Shown: one piece after another, positions 52,045 to 64,000 of the stretch
Numbering within the stretch: the stretch's first letter is position 1
Layout of the letters: every line of letters begins with the position of its first letter
Assembly: GCA_951406725.2 (NCBI GenBank)
Contig: OX597831.1
Location: 1,364,001 to 1,428,000 of the forward strand
Reading direction: 5' to 3'
Source of the DNA: Octopus vulgaris
Taxonomy: Eukaryota
DNA: 64,000 nucleotides
Notes under the pieces: model-generated
Database searches by the model: none
Told to the model about the DNA's origin: nothing
What the model saw: the letters and a program-made list of their open reading frames with translations, nothing else
Program-made: the position numbers and the translations under genes

Positions 52045-53282
52045 ATATATATTATATATTTAAAGGGAGTAATTAAAAATTTTTCCCGTATGAGGTTTTT
52101 TCACGCTGACTACTTGATAAATTCTTATAAAGATTTTATCCTATTTTAAAATTTATATTATATAGTACTGGATCGCTTATCCAGTTTCCAGAAATCCCAG
52201 AATATTGTGCAGTATCATACAATATACCACACCCTGTATTGAGTAAACAAACTCTATTTTTGAAGTTGGTTAATTTGCATACGGTGTATTAAAGATAGTT
52301 TTGTTCTTTTTTAAGTGGATTGATAAAGATTAATCATACTCTGCTTTAGAAGAGTATTAATTTGTCCCTCTATCTGTTAAATAAAATGATGCTCTTTACT
52401 TTTCCTCGTTTTATGTTTATCCTATAAATATTATACTGTATACGTGATACAATATGATATATTTTAAGTGGATTAATAAATATCAAATAGACCCGACTTT
52501 AGAAGTGTATTAATTTGAATTTGTTAAATACAATTTAGCTCTTTACTTTTCGTAGTTTATTTTATATTTCAAGTATATATTTAGACTGTCTCCATAAAAT
52601 AGAAAATTCAGAAATCTGGGACACTTCTGATCCCAAGCTTACTAGATAATTGGTCCAGTATTGTATGTGTGTGCATGATTTTATACACACACACATATAG
52701 TGTCTACATCACATGTGTGTTTGTAGTGTCTGAAGATGTGTGTAATATTTACATGTGTATGTATGTTTATGTAGTAATTCTATGTGTTGTGTATAAACAT
52801 ATTATATCCTTATTACTTATGATGCAATCTCTGCTCCACCTTCCATGTTATTACTAGTGTTGTACATTGCTCTTCATCAGAAAACTTCACTCATGTCAAC
52901 ACACGATCCAACAAGCTATGAATTGATGGTACCATGGGGCAGTACAGCACCCTTGGTTGTAAATAACTATCAGGTGTTGTTCACTTAGCTATAGGAAGTT
53001 ACTTTAGGGTGATGTTGTTTATCTAACTGTGAACAGATACTGCATGGAGACATCATTCATTAGTACTGTTATGAAAATAGGTACCACCGTGAAGTTCAGT
53101 TAATCTGTAAATAGATTTTAAAAAGAGTAAAGTAACCCCATCATGGCCAAAGTTATAGTTCACATAGACGCAGGTGTAAATAGGTACCACAGAGAGTTAC
53201 AGATTATGTGGGTACTGCTGGGCAGTAGAATTCATTTTGCTCTCTCTCTTCCTCCTCCCTGTCTCTCTCTCTCTCTCTCTAT

Positions 53283-53472
53283 GTGTGTATATACATACAT
53301 ATATATATATACACACATATATATATATACATATATATATACCCATATATATACATAGCTATATATATACATACCTATATATATATACATACATATATAT
53401 GTATACATACCTATTTATATACATACATATATATATGTATATATACCTATATATATATACATGATGATGATG

Positions 53473-53505
<33 letters not shown>

Positions 53506-53558
53506 CACACACACACACATATATGTATATGTGTATGTATATATAGATATATATATAT
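53283..53558. repeat. (TA)-rich degenerate microsatellite
   Basis: TATA/TACA repeats. Confidence 0.9.
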
Positions 53559-53796
53559 CAAAGTAATATTTGTTGTACCAGAAGTACATGAACACGGGGA
53601 GGCATAATTCACTTTGCACTTTTGATCTGTGATTTATTTCACAACCTGTAGTTTCAATGGGAAGATATCTAATTAATGTTTTGTTGACTTGAAATGCTGA
53701 CCTCCATCAGTGGTAAGGTTTTGACGGGGAGATGACTGTTGTTTTGCTGTCATCTAGAATACATTTCTTGAAAGTGAAGTTGTCACCTTATAAGTC

Positions 53797-54210
53797 AGTG
53801 GTATGGACAGGTGATGGTGGTGGGTGGTAACTACAGTTGAGATGGGTTTTAGTGGTATGAACATGTGATATTAGTGGTATTTGGTAGCTAGAGCTGAGGC
53901 AGGTCATTTTGGTATGGTCATGTAATGTTAGTGGATAGAAGCTTGGATAGAGGTAGGTGGTGATGACAGCATGGACATGTAATGTTAGCGAGCAATAATT
54001 TAATTAAAGATAGGTCAAATGATATGGCTATGTGAGTGATGGTAGTGGATGATAGCTAGAGTCGGGGTCAGTGATGGTGGTATGGATATATGATGGTAGT
54101 GGATGTCAGCCAAAGTAAAGGTAGATGATGGTCATCTGGAGAGTAATGGATGGTGACTAAGGTGGAGGGTTGGTCCTGGCACTGTGGCTATGCGATGGTA
54201 GTGAATGTTA
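53797..54210. repeat. Degenerate ~55-bp G/T-rich minisatellite
   Basis: About 7-8 units anchored by a GGTATGGACATGTGATGGTAGTGG-like motif. Confidence 0.6.
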
Positions 54211-54239
54211 ATTTCAGTAGTGGTAGGTCATCAAGACTG

Positions 54240-54794
54240 TCGTAGTCCACTGCTCTTAGTGCCACTGGAATCTTTACTACTAAAGTTACTACCACTGCTG
54301 TGCCTGGTCCTACTCCTGCTGCTCCTCTTAGTATTACAACCATTGCTGGTTCTTGGTGTTGCTACCACTTCTGCTCTCCGTCTTAATTCTTGCTACTCTC
54401 ACTGTATCTACCACTGCTGCTGGTGTTACTACCACTGATACTAGTTTTACTACAACTGTTCTCCTTTGTATCTACTGCCGGTGTTGATGCTACTACTACT
54501 ACCACTTCTGCTGCTGCTGTTTGTTACTACCACTGCTGCTGCGGCTGTTACTACCGCTGCTGTTCTTACTGCATCTACAGCTGCTGCCCCTGTTACTGCT
54601 GCTGCTGCTGCCAGTGTTACTATTACTGCACCATCTTCCCCAATATTCTCCATCAACAGACACTAATACACACACACACACACCATTTCACACCCACACA
54701 CATTATTTCACACACACAATCAATAGGTTTTCTTTTGTTTCCTGTAAACAGCTTTTCTGATACAACTCCTTTGAGGGTTTTTCCCTCTGTCACT

Positions 54795-54833
<39 letters not shown>

Positions 54834-55290
54834 CTCTCTCTCTCTCTCTCCTCTACAGCTGTCACACAATCTCTCCACTATCATACAAACGCACACACAC
54901 ACTCTCTCTCTCACACTCTCTATTATCACACCCTCTCTCCTCTATTACACACACACACTCTTTACTATCATGTACTCTCTCTGTCTCTTTCTCCCTCTCT
55001 CTTTACTATCACACTATATCTTTCTATCTCTCCACTCTCACATTATCTCTCCCACCCCACACATACACTCCTTCTGTCTATCTCTCTCTCCTTCTCTCTC
55101 TCTCTCTCTCTCTCACAGACACACACACTCTCTCTTTATTATTGTATACTCTCTCTCTCTCATATCTCACTGTATATCTTTTCAATTTTCTCCTCTTTCC
55201 ACTTTATTACACACACCCACACTTCCTTTCTCTTCGTCTCTCTTTTTCTCTTCCTCTCCCCTGCTCCATAGTCTCAGTCTATCTCTCTTA
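54240..55290. repeat. Low-complexity (CTG/CTA)n followed by a (CT)/(CA)-rich tract
   Basis: Simple repeats that account for the 293-aa pseudo-ORF. Confidence 0.85.
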
Positions 55291-56560
55291 GCATCCATTC
55301 TCTTATTAACTAATTATCTCTTATTGATATATTAACACCGTCACATGTTCATACTTTAATGAAAGTGTTCCTAGCTCCACAGGATGGAGGTACTGAAGTT
55401 TATGTAGGTTAGGCTGAATGAAGGGATTAGCAAGTCTGTGGTAGATCCTTATCAAAAATCACAATTTTTAAAATTATTTTATTTCAAATGGTTTTGTCTG
55501 GGGAGAAAGAACAAGACATGGCCCTTTTTCCTGGGCTCCTGGGACTGGAGGGAGGAGAGGACTGTTGGAAGTTAACCTTCAGGTAGGGACCCATCCTTGC
55601 ATACTTGTCGGTGGACCCTGCTAAAGACATCCAAAAGACAGAAGATGCTATTAAACTAGACACAATGGATTACGTCTGTGGGGCCCCAAAACAGAAATGT
55701 GTGGGTGGAGGCAGAAGGTCCCTCTGGCTGTCTTCTACACACTTTTAGTCTGCTGTTTCCACTTTATGGTAGAAGACACTGGCTCAGTGTCATAAAGGGA
55801 TTAGACTTAAAATATACTCAACATGAAAGCCTCTATGCGGTTGCTAGAATTAGCAGCCAAAAATCTCCCTCAAAATTGACCTTACCATCTTAAACAAGGG
55901 GGAATCTGTTGAATCATGTTCTATCTTCACACAAAATGAAAGGGTGATCACGACTGGTTTGTGATAGGTTTGTTCTGTCAAGATTAACCTGGGGCTAAAC
56001 AACAGCAATAATGATCTCAGTCTAATGTTACACTTGAGGAGTGGAGTCAAGCAATAATAGCTTAATATTCTTTAAATCACACTCTGCAGTCTTATAAAAG
56101 GAAGGACACATTGGATGATGTAGTTGTAGATACATTGCATATACAAAACAGGATGGACATGAGAGGAATGTCTTTGATCATTAAAATTTATGATTATAGT
56201 TGACCTGGAGTTAAACGGCAATAGTGTTGTCAACACAAGGGAACTGAATATATGTGCATGCTTCTACATGCTCACTCGATTTACTTGAAATAGCAGCTAT
56301 ATTGTATCTGATGTCTCAAAAAAATAGAAGGCCACATTGATTGATGTAGTTCTAGATAAAACTACTTGAAATATAGGTACAACATTGATTTTACAGAACC
56401 TTTGATTTCAAAGAATTTCTGTATTACTGATTTTTCTGAACCAGGTGTGGCCACCTTAGACAATACATTAAATTAAACAAATATAAACATTTACTGAAAT
56501 TAATAAAATACAGATACTTGTACATTAGTACAAATGATACAAATTTATTAATATTGTACT

Positions 56561-56789
56561 TTAACCCTTTAGTGTTCACATTATTCTGCCAAAATTAATG
56601 CTTCTTCATCCACATTGTTTTGAATTAATCATGCATTATCTTGTAGCTATGAGATTTTGATGAGGTAGCTGTTAATTTTTAAAACGATATTGTAGGGCTG
56701 GTGTGAGAGACCAGATATGGCTAGTTTGAACATAAAACAGGTAGAATATTTTTGGCCGGATATGGCCAGTTTAAATACTAAAGGGTTAA
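56561..56789. mobile_element. piggyBac-type MITE with TTAA TSD
   Basis: TTAA-CCCTTTAGT...ACTAAAGGG-TTAA, homologous to 10391-10617. Degenerate copies lie at ~33260-33475 and ~35503-35686. Confidence 0.85.
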
Positions 56790-57339
56790 ACTAGTCTGGC
56801 ATCCACTGGAATTTGAAGATCATGCTCAAGTGTTAGTGTAAATTATAAGAGATTCTGGATTATCAGTTTCAGGAAAGTTTGTGTTCTACCTATGATACAA
56901 GTTTGGTAAGGATGGAATCGATGTTATCATAGGTCTTAATGCTTAAGGCAGCTTAGGGCTAAACAAATACAAAAACATTGCTGACACTTTTTACAGCTAA
57001 TCAAGGAAGCCTCTGTGCAATAACTTGGTCTGCTAGAAATAATAGCCAAATCTGTCTCTCACAAATTATATTCTTGTTGTCCAAAATGTGTAAAATAATA
57101 GGATAGTCATGACTAGAATGCTTTTGATCATAACTCTGCTTGATCAAGGTTAAACAATAACACCATTGCCAACATTTTTCATAAATAATCTAACCCTTTG
57201 TCATGGCCTCTCATGACTGTGATAATATTGTAGTAGAAATGTATCTGTTGTTCATGGTTGTTGAGTGCTGTCACATCTAGATACATATTAGATATGTATG
57301 TGTATGTATATATTACTTTTATTAATCAAGATCATTTCA

Positions 57340-59100
57340 ATAATTAGTGGAATAGTAAAAAGTTTAGAAATTTCTTCAAAAACTTAGGATTGTCTATTAT
57401 GTTGAGAAATAACTGTAAGGTAGCAAATTTTCTGGATGTCCCACTGGAACGTAATACCTTCATCAATTATAAGCCCAATAAAAAACTGCAATATATGAAC
57501 AGAAATTCCAACCATCCTAGAGCAGTAATTAAGTCCATTATTAGGGGTAGTTCATCTAGAATATCCAAACTTTCTGCTCATGAAGAAATTCTCTCAAAAT
57601 ACAGACTATTATAATACAGCATTAGCTAGAAGCAGGTATACTGAAAAGATCTAGTATATCTGTTGACAGTGTTGTGAAAATACCAAAAGATATTTGGGTT
57701 GCATTCACAAGAGTATAGATTTAGTGATACATCTTATCTAGGAAATGTTAATTGTTATAATAACATGCATGAGTGTAAAAATACTAGTAATCACAAGGTT
57801 AACCTGTACGAACTTCTCATAATAAACAGTTGAAAATTAAATAGGGAAATGATAATTCCCATAGATAGAAACAAGATGTTGTTAATGAGGCAAACTGTCA
57901 ACAAAGCTCTGGAAGTTCCCCTAAACTGATTTTGAGTATCTTGGGAAACAGGCCTTCATCAAATTGAAGTAGAAAGATTACATATGACAAGTTTTACTCC
58001 ATGAAATTAGGTGAGTGAATAAATCTAGAATTAACCACACCACTCTCAACAGCAATAAAACTGGTAAAAATAGATTACACAAGAAAAATTCTGCATTGTT
58101 TAAATCCCCTTTCAGAATTAATGTAGCCTTGGATATCCTTGAAATTTTCTTTCGGCTTTGGAGAAGCATTCCCCACTCTAGTAAGTATAGTAACAGTTTT
58201 AGTGGGCATAGTGTGGAATTCTACCATGTCTAATTTAATTGATAATATAACATATTAACAACAAGAAATTAAACAGAATTCATCATCATCATCATTGTTG
58301 TCATTTAATGTCCGCTTTCCATGCTTGCATGGGTTGGATGGTTTGACTGTGGGCTGGCGAACCAGCACCAGGCTCTAGTCTTGATCTGGCAGAGTTTCTA
58401 CAGCTGAATGCCCTTCCTAACGCCAACCACTCCGAGAGTGTAGTGGGTGCTTTTACATGCCACTGGCACGGGGGCCAGTCAGGTGGTACTGGCAACGACC
58501 TCGCTCGAATTTTTTTACACATGCCAATGGCACAAGTGCCAGTAAGGTGATGCTGGTAACGATCCCGCACGAATGTTGCCTCCTACATGCCACCGGCAGT
58601 AATATGAAACCTGCTTTTAATTATTCATATAGTAAATACAACTGTAGGTCTTCTGTATATTTGTCTCTATTTTGTATAAATAACACTAGTACTTTGGAGT
58701 TCCCTCCCAGCAATAACAATTATGCTAATACAATATATAATGTTTCTTCAGATAATAAACCTAACAGTATGTGAACTGTTGGAATCAATATAAGTTGTCT
58801 TTAATTATCTAGAAAGAATTTAGTATATAAGTATTCTGTTTTAAAAAATGCCCAATACAATACATTATTATGTAAGTGAATTTAAATTCAAATTTAGATT
58901 GCACAATCATATACATTCCTATAATAACAAATGGAAAAATCTTAGAACTTCACTAGCTAAATTCATCTGGGATCTCAAATAGTGGAAGATAGCTGTAATT
59001 TGTATTCTTTGGAAGCACCAGAAATTCTCAGGTGCAAGTCTGGTCTAATTAATTAACATTATAAATTATTGATCCATGGTTCTCACCAGTTCAATTGAAC
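57340..59100 (+). mobile_element. Decayed Penelope-like element (RT thumb, linker, GIY-YIG endonuclease)
   Basis: KVANFLDV.L...YKPNKKLQYMNRNSNHP..VIKSI...SRISKLS..EEI (57415-57600), linker LFKSPFRINV (~58096), and endonuclease-region NLVYK (~58818), FKFRLHNH (~58886) and TSLAKFIWDLK (~58947). Interrupted by an RTE fragment. Confidence 0.8.
58280..58598 (-). mobile_element. RTE-LINE 3' fragment nested in the Penelope relic
   Basis: (CAT)n tail plus 3' UTR with ~2 copies of the ~66-bp internal repeat. Confidence 0.85.
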
Positions 59101-60078
59101 ATTCTTAGAAATTTCATTTAGCTTACTTACTTGATTTGAATAGAGTTAATAATAGATTTCTTATTTATTATGTTAGTCTAGCTTTATCACAGGTGATTCT
59201 GTTTAAAATGTCCTCTACATCTTACTATTTCCTGCTTAAATTATTTCTTATATAACTTATCATTTATTTCTTAACTAATGAATTTATTTAGTTTCATCTG
59301 TAAATGATCCATTAATATCTTGCTATAATTCTTGTGGTAGTCTTTATTCTAGTTCCTTGTCTTTTCAAGTCTTTATCTTGATTTTCTCTTTATATTTCTC
59401 TTTTTCCTATTATTTAACACTTCTAAGAATATAGTAATAAACTATCTTCTTTGAACATTTCCATTTTATCCCTTTGTCTTCTTATCTCTCCACAAGTATA
59501 TAAGAATGCAATAAGTCTTTCAGTTTCCCTGGGTCTATCAGTGTTTGTTGCCTTAGCTGTTTACGATACATTTAATGAATGGAAACTAGTAAGGCACTTT
59601 TGTCTTCATAGTCCCTCTCCATGGGTGTTTCTCTGATAGTGCAACAACTTTGCTGTTTAATTTATTACTTTGATCTTCTATGCCCTTCTCTCTCTCTCTA
59701 ATTTTATCTATTTAACTTAATTCAGTTGTGTACATACCCCTGCTGGTAGTATTTTTATGGCATATGTGAAGAGATATTTGGCAGAACTTTTCATTTAATA
59801 TTTTATGGTATTACATCATTTCTTTTTATTTATATTGCCCAGCATGTAAATTGATGTAACAATTCCACTAATTATCAAAACGATAGCAACTGATTGATAA
59901 ATGTATATCATTATCTTCAAGCACCAACCTAATAATCAATACAGTTCTCTGGGTTTACAGTTTCTAGAGAACAGTTTTATTGGATTAACGGAATACTAAT
60001 TCTAATTTTCCTTCCTATACATTTCGTATAGAGTACTGACTGAGGTACTTGCCAAGACTTCATAAATCCTTATCCTTT

Positions 60079-60135
<57 letters not shown>

Positions 60136-60851
60136 GCATGCATGCATGTGCGTGCGTGCACACACACTCACACACAATCATTCAGTCATTTTTTTCAGCT
60201 CAGATGGGAAGTAATTATGGCAGTTTTTTTTTTACTACTTGGTGCTCATCCTGCTGCCGATCCTTACATATTTTTCAAGTAGAAAACATTTCTTTTTTCA
60301 TATTTTGGAGGAATATTGGTAGTGCAGAGTTAACAAATGAATTGTTGTCAATAAAATGTCAACAAACATCACCAGTTGTAGCCCAGTCACAAACAGTGAT
60401 ATCGACATCTATAGCTGAGCTATAAATAGTGGCATCACCATTAGCCATATTTCAGCATAGACTGTAGATACACACTCATACACACATACAGACGCATGCA
60501 CACACGAACACACATTAATGTACTGAAGCACCTATGGCAGTGAGCTGGCAGAATCATTAGCACACTGGACAAAATGCTTAGCAGCATTTTGTCCATTTTT
60601 ACATTCTGGTTCAAATTCCACTGAGGTCAACTTTACCTTTCATCCTTTTGATGTAATCAAACTTACTCCAACCCTCAAACTTGCTAACCATGAAACCAAT
60701 ATACTACAAGTTTGGCTCCGGTTACTTCATTTTATTTTTATACTTATCTACTTTCTGAAATCAATTTGAAATTTTATTCAATAACAGCATTTCTTCCTCT
60801 TAAACAGAAAATACTGAAATTAAAAAGCAAATCATTCTGCTTTCATTGCAG

Positions 60852-60947
60852 GAAGCTGAGCCTAAGTTAAAATATGAACGCTTGGTTAATGATTTAACTA
60901 AGATTCTCAACAAAGATGCTGCAAGTTGTATGGCAGTTCACTCCAAA
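60852..60947 (+). CDS. VPS41: VPS41 coding exon 3 (EAEPKLKYERLVNDLTKILNKDAASCMAVHSK)
   Basis: TTGCAG acceptor and AAA|GTAAGT donor. The translation closely matches the VPS41 signature EPKLKYERL...KDAASCM.VH.K at the start of the WD40 propeller. Confidence 0.96.
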
Positions 60948-61399
60948 GTAAGTTTGTTTTGCTTGTTTCTATGTTTTATTATTTTATAAATATTGATTGG
61001 TTTGTTTAAGATGGTTGGTACCCTTCACTTTCATAGTCACTTTCAAATTCTGACTGAAGATACACTCTAGTTTCACTCTACAAGTCTAAACTGCAATTAA
61101 CTCTTTTATGTTTAGACTGTTTTCGTGATGTTCTCCTCTACTCTCCCAAGTTGACTACCTGCTCCATTTTAGTTTCCATGACTAGTTTATTTTTAGTGGT
61201 GTTGTATCACTAAAGACTGTGTTTTAGAATTTCTTTGTTTCACATTCCAAGTAATGAATTCTGATTGGCAAATTGACCAATCACTGTTGATACCTTTCTC
61301 ACCTCCAAATCCAACCTTTGTCCTATCCTTGCTACCTTTGATTCCATTTAATCATCTGATGACTGCTTAATCAACGCTCTTTATCTCACCTCACATGTT

Positions 61400-61640
61400 C
61401 AGGCTAGATAAAAAAAATTTTGCTCCTTAACACTGGCGCATCAAATCAGGGCTTAATCAATTCTATCCTGTTGACTACCATCATATTGCCCGCACATCAA
61501 ACATCTCAAAGGTGATGGAAACAGCTATAAACAACCACCTCCTTTATTACCTTCCCTTGCTTTCCATTATCGGTGGCCACTACTACAGCAGTTTTCCAAG
61601 AGCCAGATCTACCTTTTCTTTTCTCTTTTGTCACGCATTA
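61400..61640 (+). mobile_element. CR1/L2-type LINE RT N-terminal relic
   Basis: PVDYHHIARTSNISKVMETAINNHLLYYL...RARST matches the NYRPI.LTS..SKVME.IIN..L..YL...RST RT motif. Confidence 0.65.
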
Positions 61641-63077
61641 GTTTATTAACAGAACTATTAGAGCATCAGACAAAATGCTTTGCAGTATTTGTTCTGGCTG
61701 GGTTCTGAAATTACATCCTGCAAGGATCACTTTTTCTTTTCATCCTTCCAGGGTTAATAAATATGTACCAATCTGGAGTGGCTTACTGGTGAAGATTTTA
61801 GAGCATGGAACTGAATGCTTTGCAGTATTTGTTTCAGCTGTTTGCATTTTGAGTTGAAATACTACTGTTGGTTATTTGAGTGGTAGACTCAATTCATGGC
61901 CCACTTTAATTCCACAACCTGGTCCTTGGGTGTCTTTGGTAGTATTCACTCAGCTGCAAGCATTTGGGCCAGATCTCTGGTTTGATGATACCTTCTTTTT
62001 CTTTTTTTTTTCCACCTGTCTGTGAGGCTCTAAAAAGGGTCATGGGGGCTGTCTGTTCTCTTGGTAAAATGATGAAAATTCTAAAAAAAAAATTGTAAAA
62101 AAACTATACAGATGTGTCCTTTTGTAGTGGAATTTGGGAAAAACAAACTTGTTACCCTTTGTCTGGCGTATAATGACCATATTTATTAAGGAAACAGTCT
62201 TACTAAACTACATTCCTCACTACACCAGAACAACACACAACTTGGACCCTTTATTGTCATTACAAACATGAGGCTTCTCAAGCTCTGGTAATTTCACACT
62301 ATAACATCACATGTTATTTAACAGAAACTGAAGGACAAAGACTTAGGGTGCTACTAATCATCAGAAAATACCTGAACCCTCAATAGTTATCCCCTTCCAA
62401 AGGCCACTTTGGGTTAATGTTCACATACCTGAAATTGTACTGATGACAGACAAACATCCAAGACATCATTCAATGGTAGCTCTTCTGAACTACCCCATAC
62501 ACTCTGTAAAGTGGTTGGCATAGGAAGAGCATCCAGCTGTAAAAATTTTGGCAAAACTAAGGTACTGGAGCAAGAGGATTTCCACCAACCTATAGTATCT
62601 TGTTAGACCACTCAAACCATGCAAACAAGGAAAGCAGATGTAAAATGCCTGCTTAGGTCTGAAGATTGATGTTTTACAAACTTGTCCAGTTCAAACCAGT
62701 ATAACAAGACAGATGGAAGTTTCATTCTAGTCACTAGTTTGCAGAAATAACAGCTAAATTTTCCTAAAATTACATTCTACTGGCTCAAAAAAGGAAGGAC
62801 ACATTGTTCTAGATATACAACTGTGCAATGATCATAACTAGAATACTTTTGATCAGAGATCTGCTCAGTTGTGACTAACTCAAGGTAAAAAAAAAAACAA
62901 CAACTGACAAACTGGTAGTAGTGGTGGCAACAGGCAGAGCTGGGTTTTTTCTTTCTTTTTATTAGCCTTGTACTATTTTGTTCAGATTATCTCTATCTTC
63001 AAATAAATTGCAATTTATTAGTTATTAAACCAACTGTATTTTCTCTTTTTTTATTATTATTTTTTACTTTCTTGCAG

Positions 63078-63155
63078 TTCTTGGCTCTTGGCACTCATAA
63101 TGGTGCAATCCACATATTAGATCATGCCGGATACAACATCAAAGACATTCAGGCG
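63078..63155 (+). CDS. VPS41: VPS41 coding exon 4 (FLALGTHNGAIHILDHAGYNIKDIQA); gene continues beyond the window
   Basis: Long polypyrimidine tract plus TTGCAG, and a GCG|GTAAGT donor. FLALGTH.G...LD..G directly follows VH.K in VPS41 orthologs. Confidence 0.95.
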
Positions 63156-63848
63156 GTAAGTTGTTTATTTAATTCTTTATCGTAAGATCCTGATTTCAGC
63201 ATTTATCTTCCATTGGGTTCACAACTGTATGAGCCTACACTAACTATCCAATTGTGGGATGGACCAGAGCAAGAACCAGATGAAGGTTGTTGTTATGGAT
63301 ATGTCAATGTAATCTGAAACTGTGCATAGACTAACACAGGGTACTCCTTGAGGTTGTTACCCCCCAATTTGGAGATCCTTTCTTATTGTTGTTTGGTTCT
63401 ATATGTTATTATTGTTATTTATTGATGTGTATTCTTAATTGTTTTGGTGGCCTTGCCCTTTTATTCATCGTAAATCCCCACCCCGTAGTTCCTGCTTGTT
63501 GTTTCCTTTTGGAATTCATGTTTGTAGTTTAGTTGTGTTTGATGTTGAAACAGTCGAAAGGTTTGAGAACAGAGCCGTTCTTCCCAGGTCAAGCCCTTAT
63601 CAACTTTTTCAAGCACTAACTTGAAAAGGAAGGTGAAGGAAGAGAGGGAGAGAGTAAATTTTATGAAAGGAGCAGGCATGAATGTGTGGTTGGGTAGTTC
63701 TCTCTCAACCACATGGTTTCTTGTTCAATCTCATTGCCTGGCCAATGGAACTGAACTTCTTTTACAGCCTTAGTCCAACCAAAACCTTGGGAGTAGATTA
63801 ATTAAACAGAAGCCTATTGTGTGTGTCTGTGTGTGTGTGTGTGTGTGT

Positions 63849-63885
<37 letters not shown>

Positions 63886-64000
63886 TCCTGACCTCATGTA
63901 ATGATTGTAAGTAAGTGTCACTATCAAACATTTATTACCAGTCTTCCATGAAAATATGTTTGGCCAACGGGAAATATCAACTTACTCAGAAACAAAAAAT

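Noticed and set aside
54390-55271. Longest ORF in the track (293 aa, Cys/Leu/Ser/His-rich)
   Set aside because: It is a translation of (CTG)n, (CT)n and (CA)n simple repeats with no domain, and lies in VPS41 intron 2.
63540-63655. KGLRTEPFFPGQALINFFKH / KRKVKEERE fragment, possibly an L1/Tx1 ORF2 end
   Set aside because: Too short and broken to classify without a search, and it is not a VPS41 exon.

Overview
This is AT-rich, repeat-dense animal genomic DNA, not prokaryotic. The SINE/RTE repeat landscape looks like an octopus (coleoid cephalopod), which I infer from repeat recognition only. The one well-supported host gene is the 5' end of VPS41 (HOPS complex subunit) on the + strand. It has four phase-0 coding exons (3439-3471, 49246-49293, 60852-60947, 63078-63155; 85 aa in this window), a 45.8-kb first intron, and a CpG-rich promoter with ETS boxes and a palindromic CLEAR/E-box. 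The introns are packed with transposon relics: a decayed Ty3/Gypsy provirus, a hAT transposase, a Penelope-like element with GIY-YIG endonuclease, RTE and CR1/L2-type LINE fragments, piggyBac- and hAT-type MITEs, a probable solo LTR, several tRNA-derived SINE families and long microsatellites. The four most notable observations are: (1) a 243-bp TSD-flanked insertion joining a Pol III tRNA-like head to a minimal hammerhead-ribozyme motif; (2) a 94-bp fold-back hairpin with A-C mismatches in the VPS41 pre-mRNA; (3) a PHD-like zinc finger inside an RTE reverse transcriptase; (4) a CLEAR-like site at the VPS41 start. Nearly all ORFs in the supplied track are spurious. No database searches were run.
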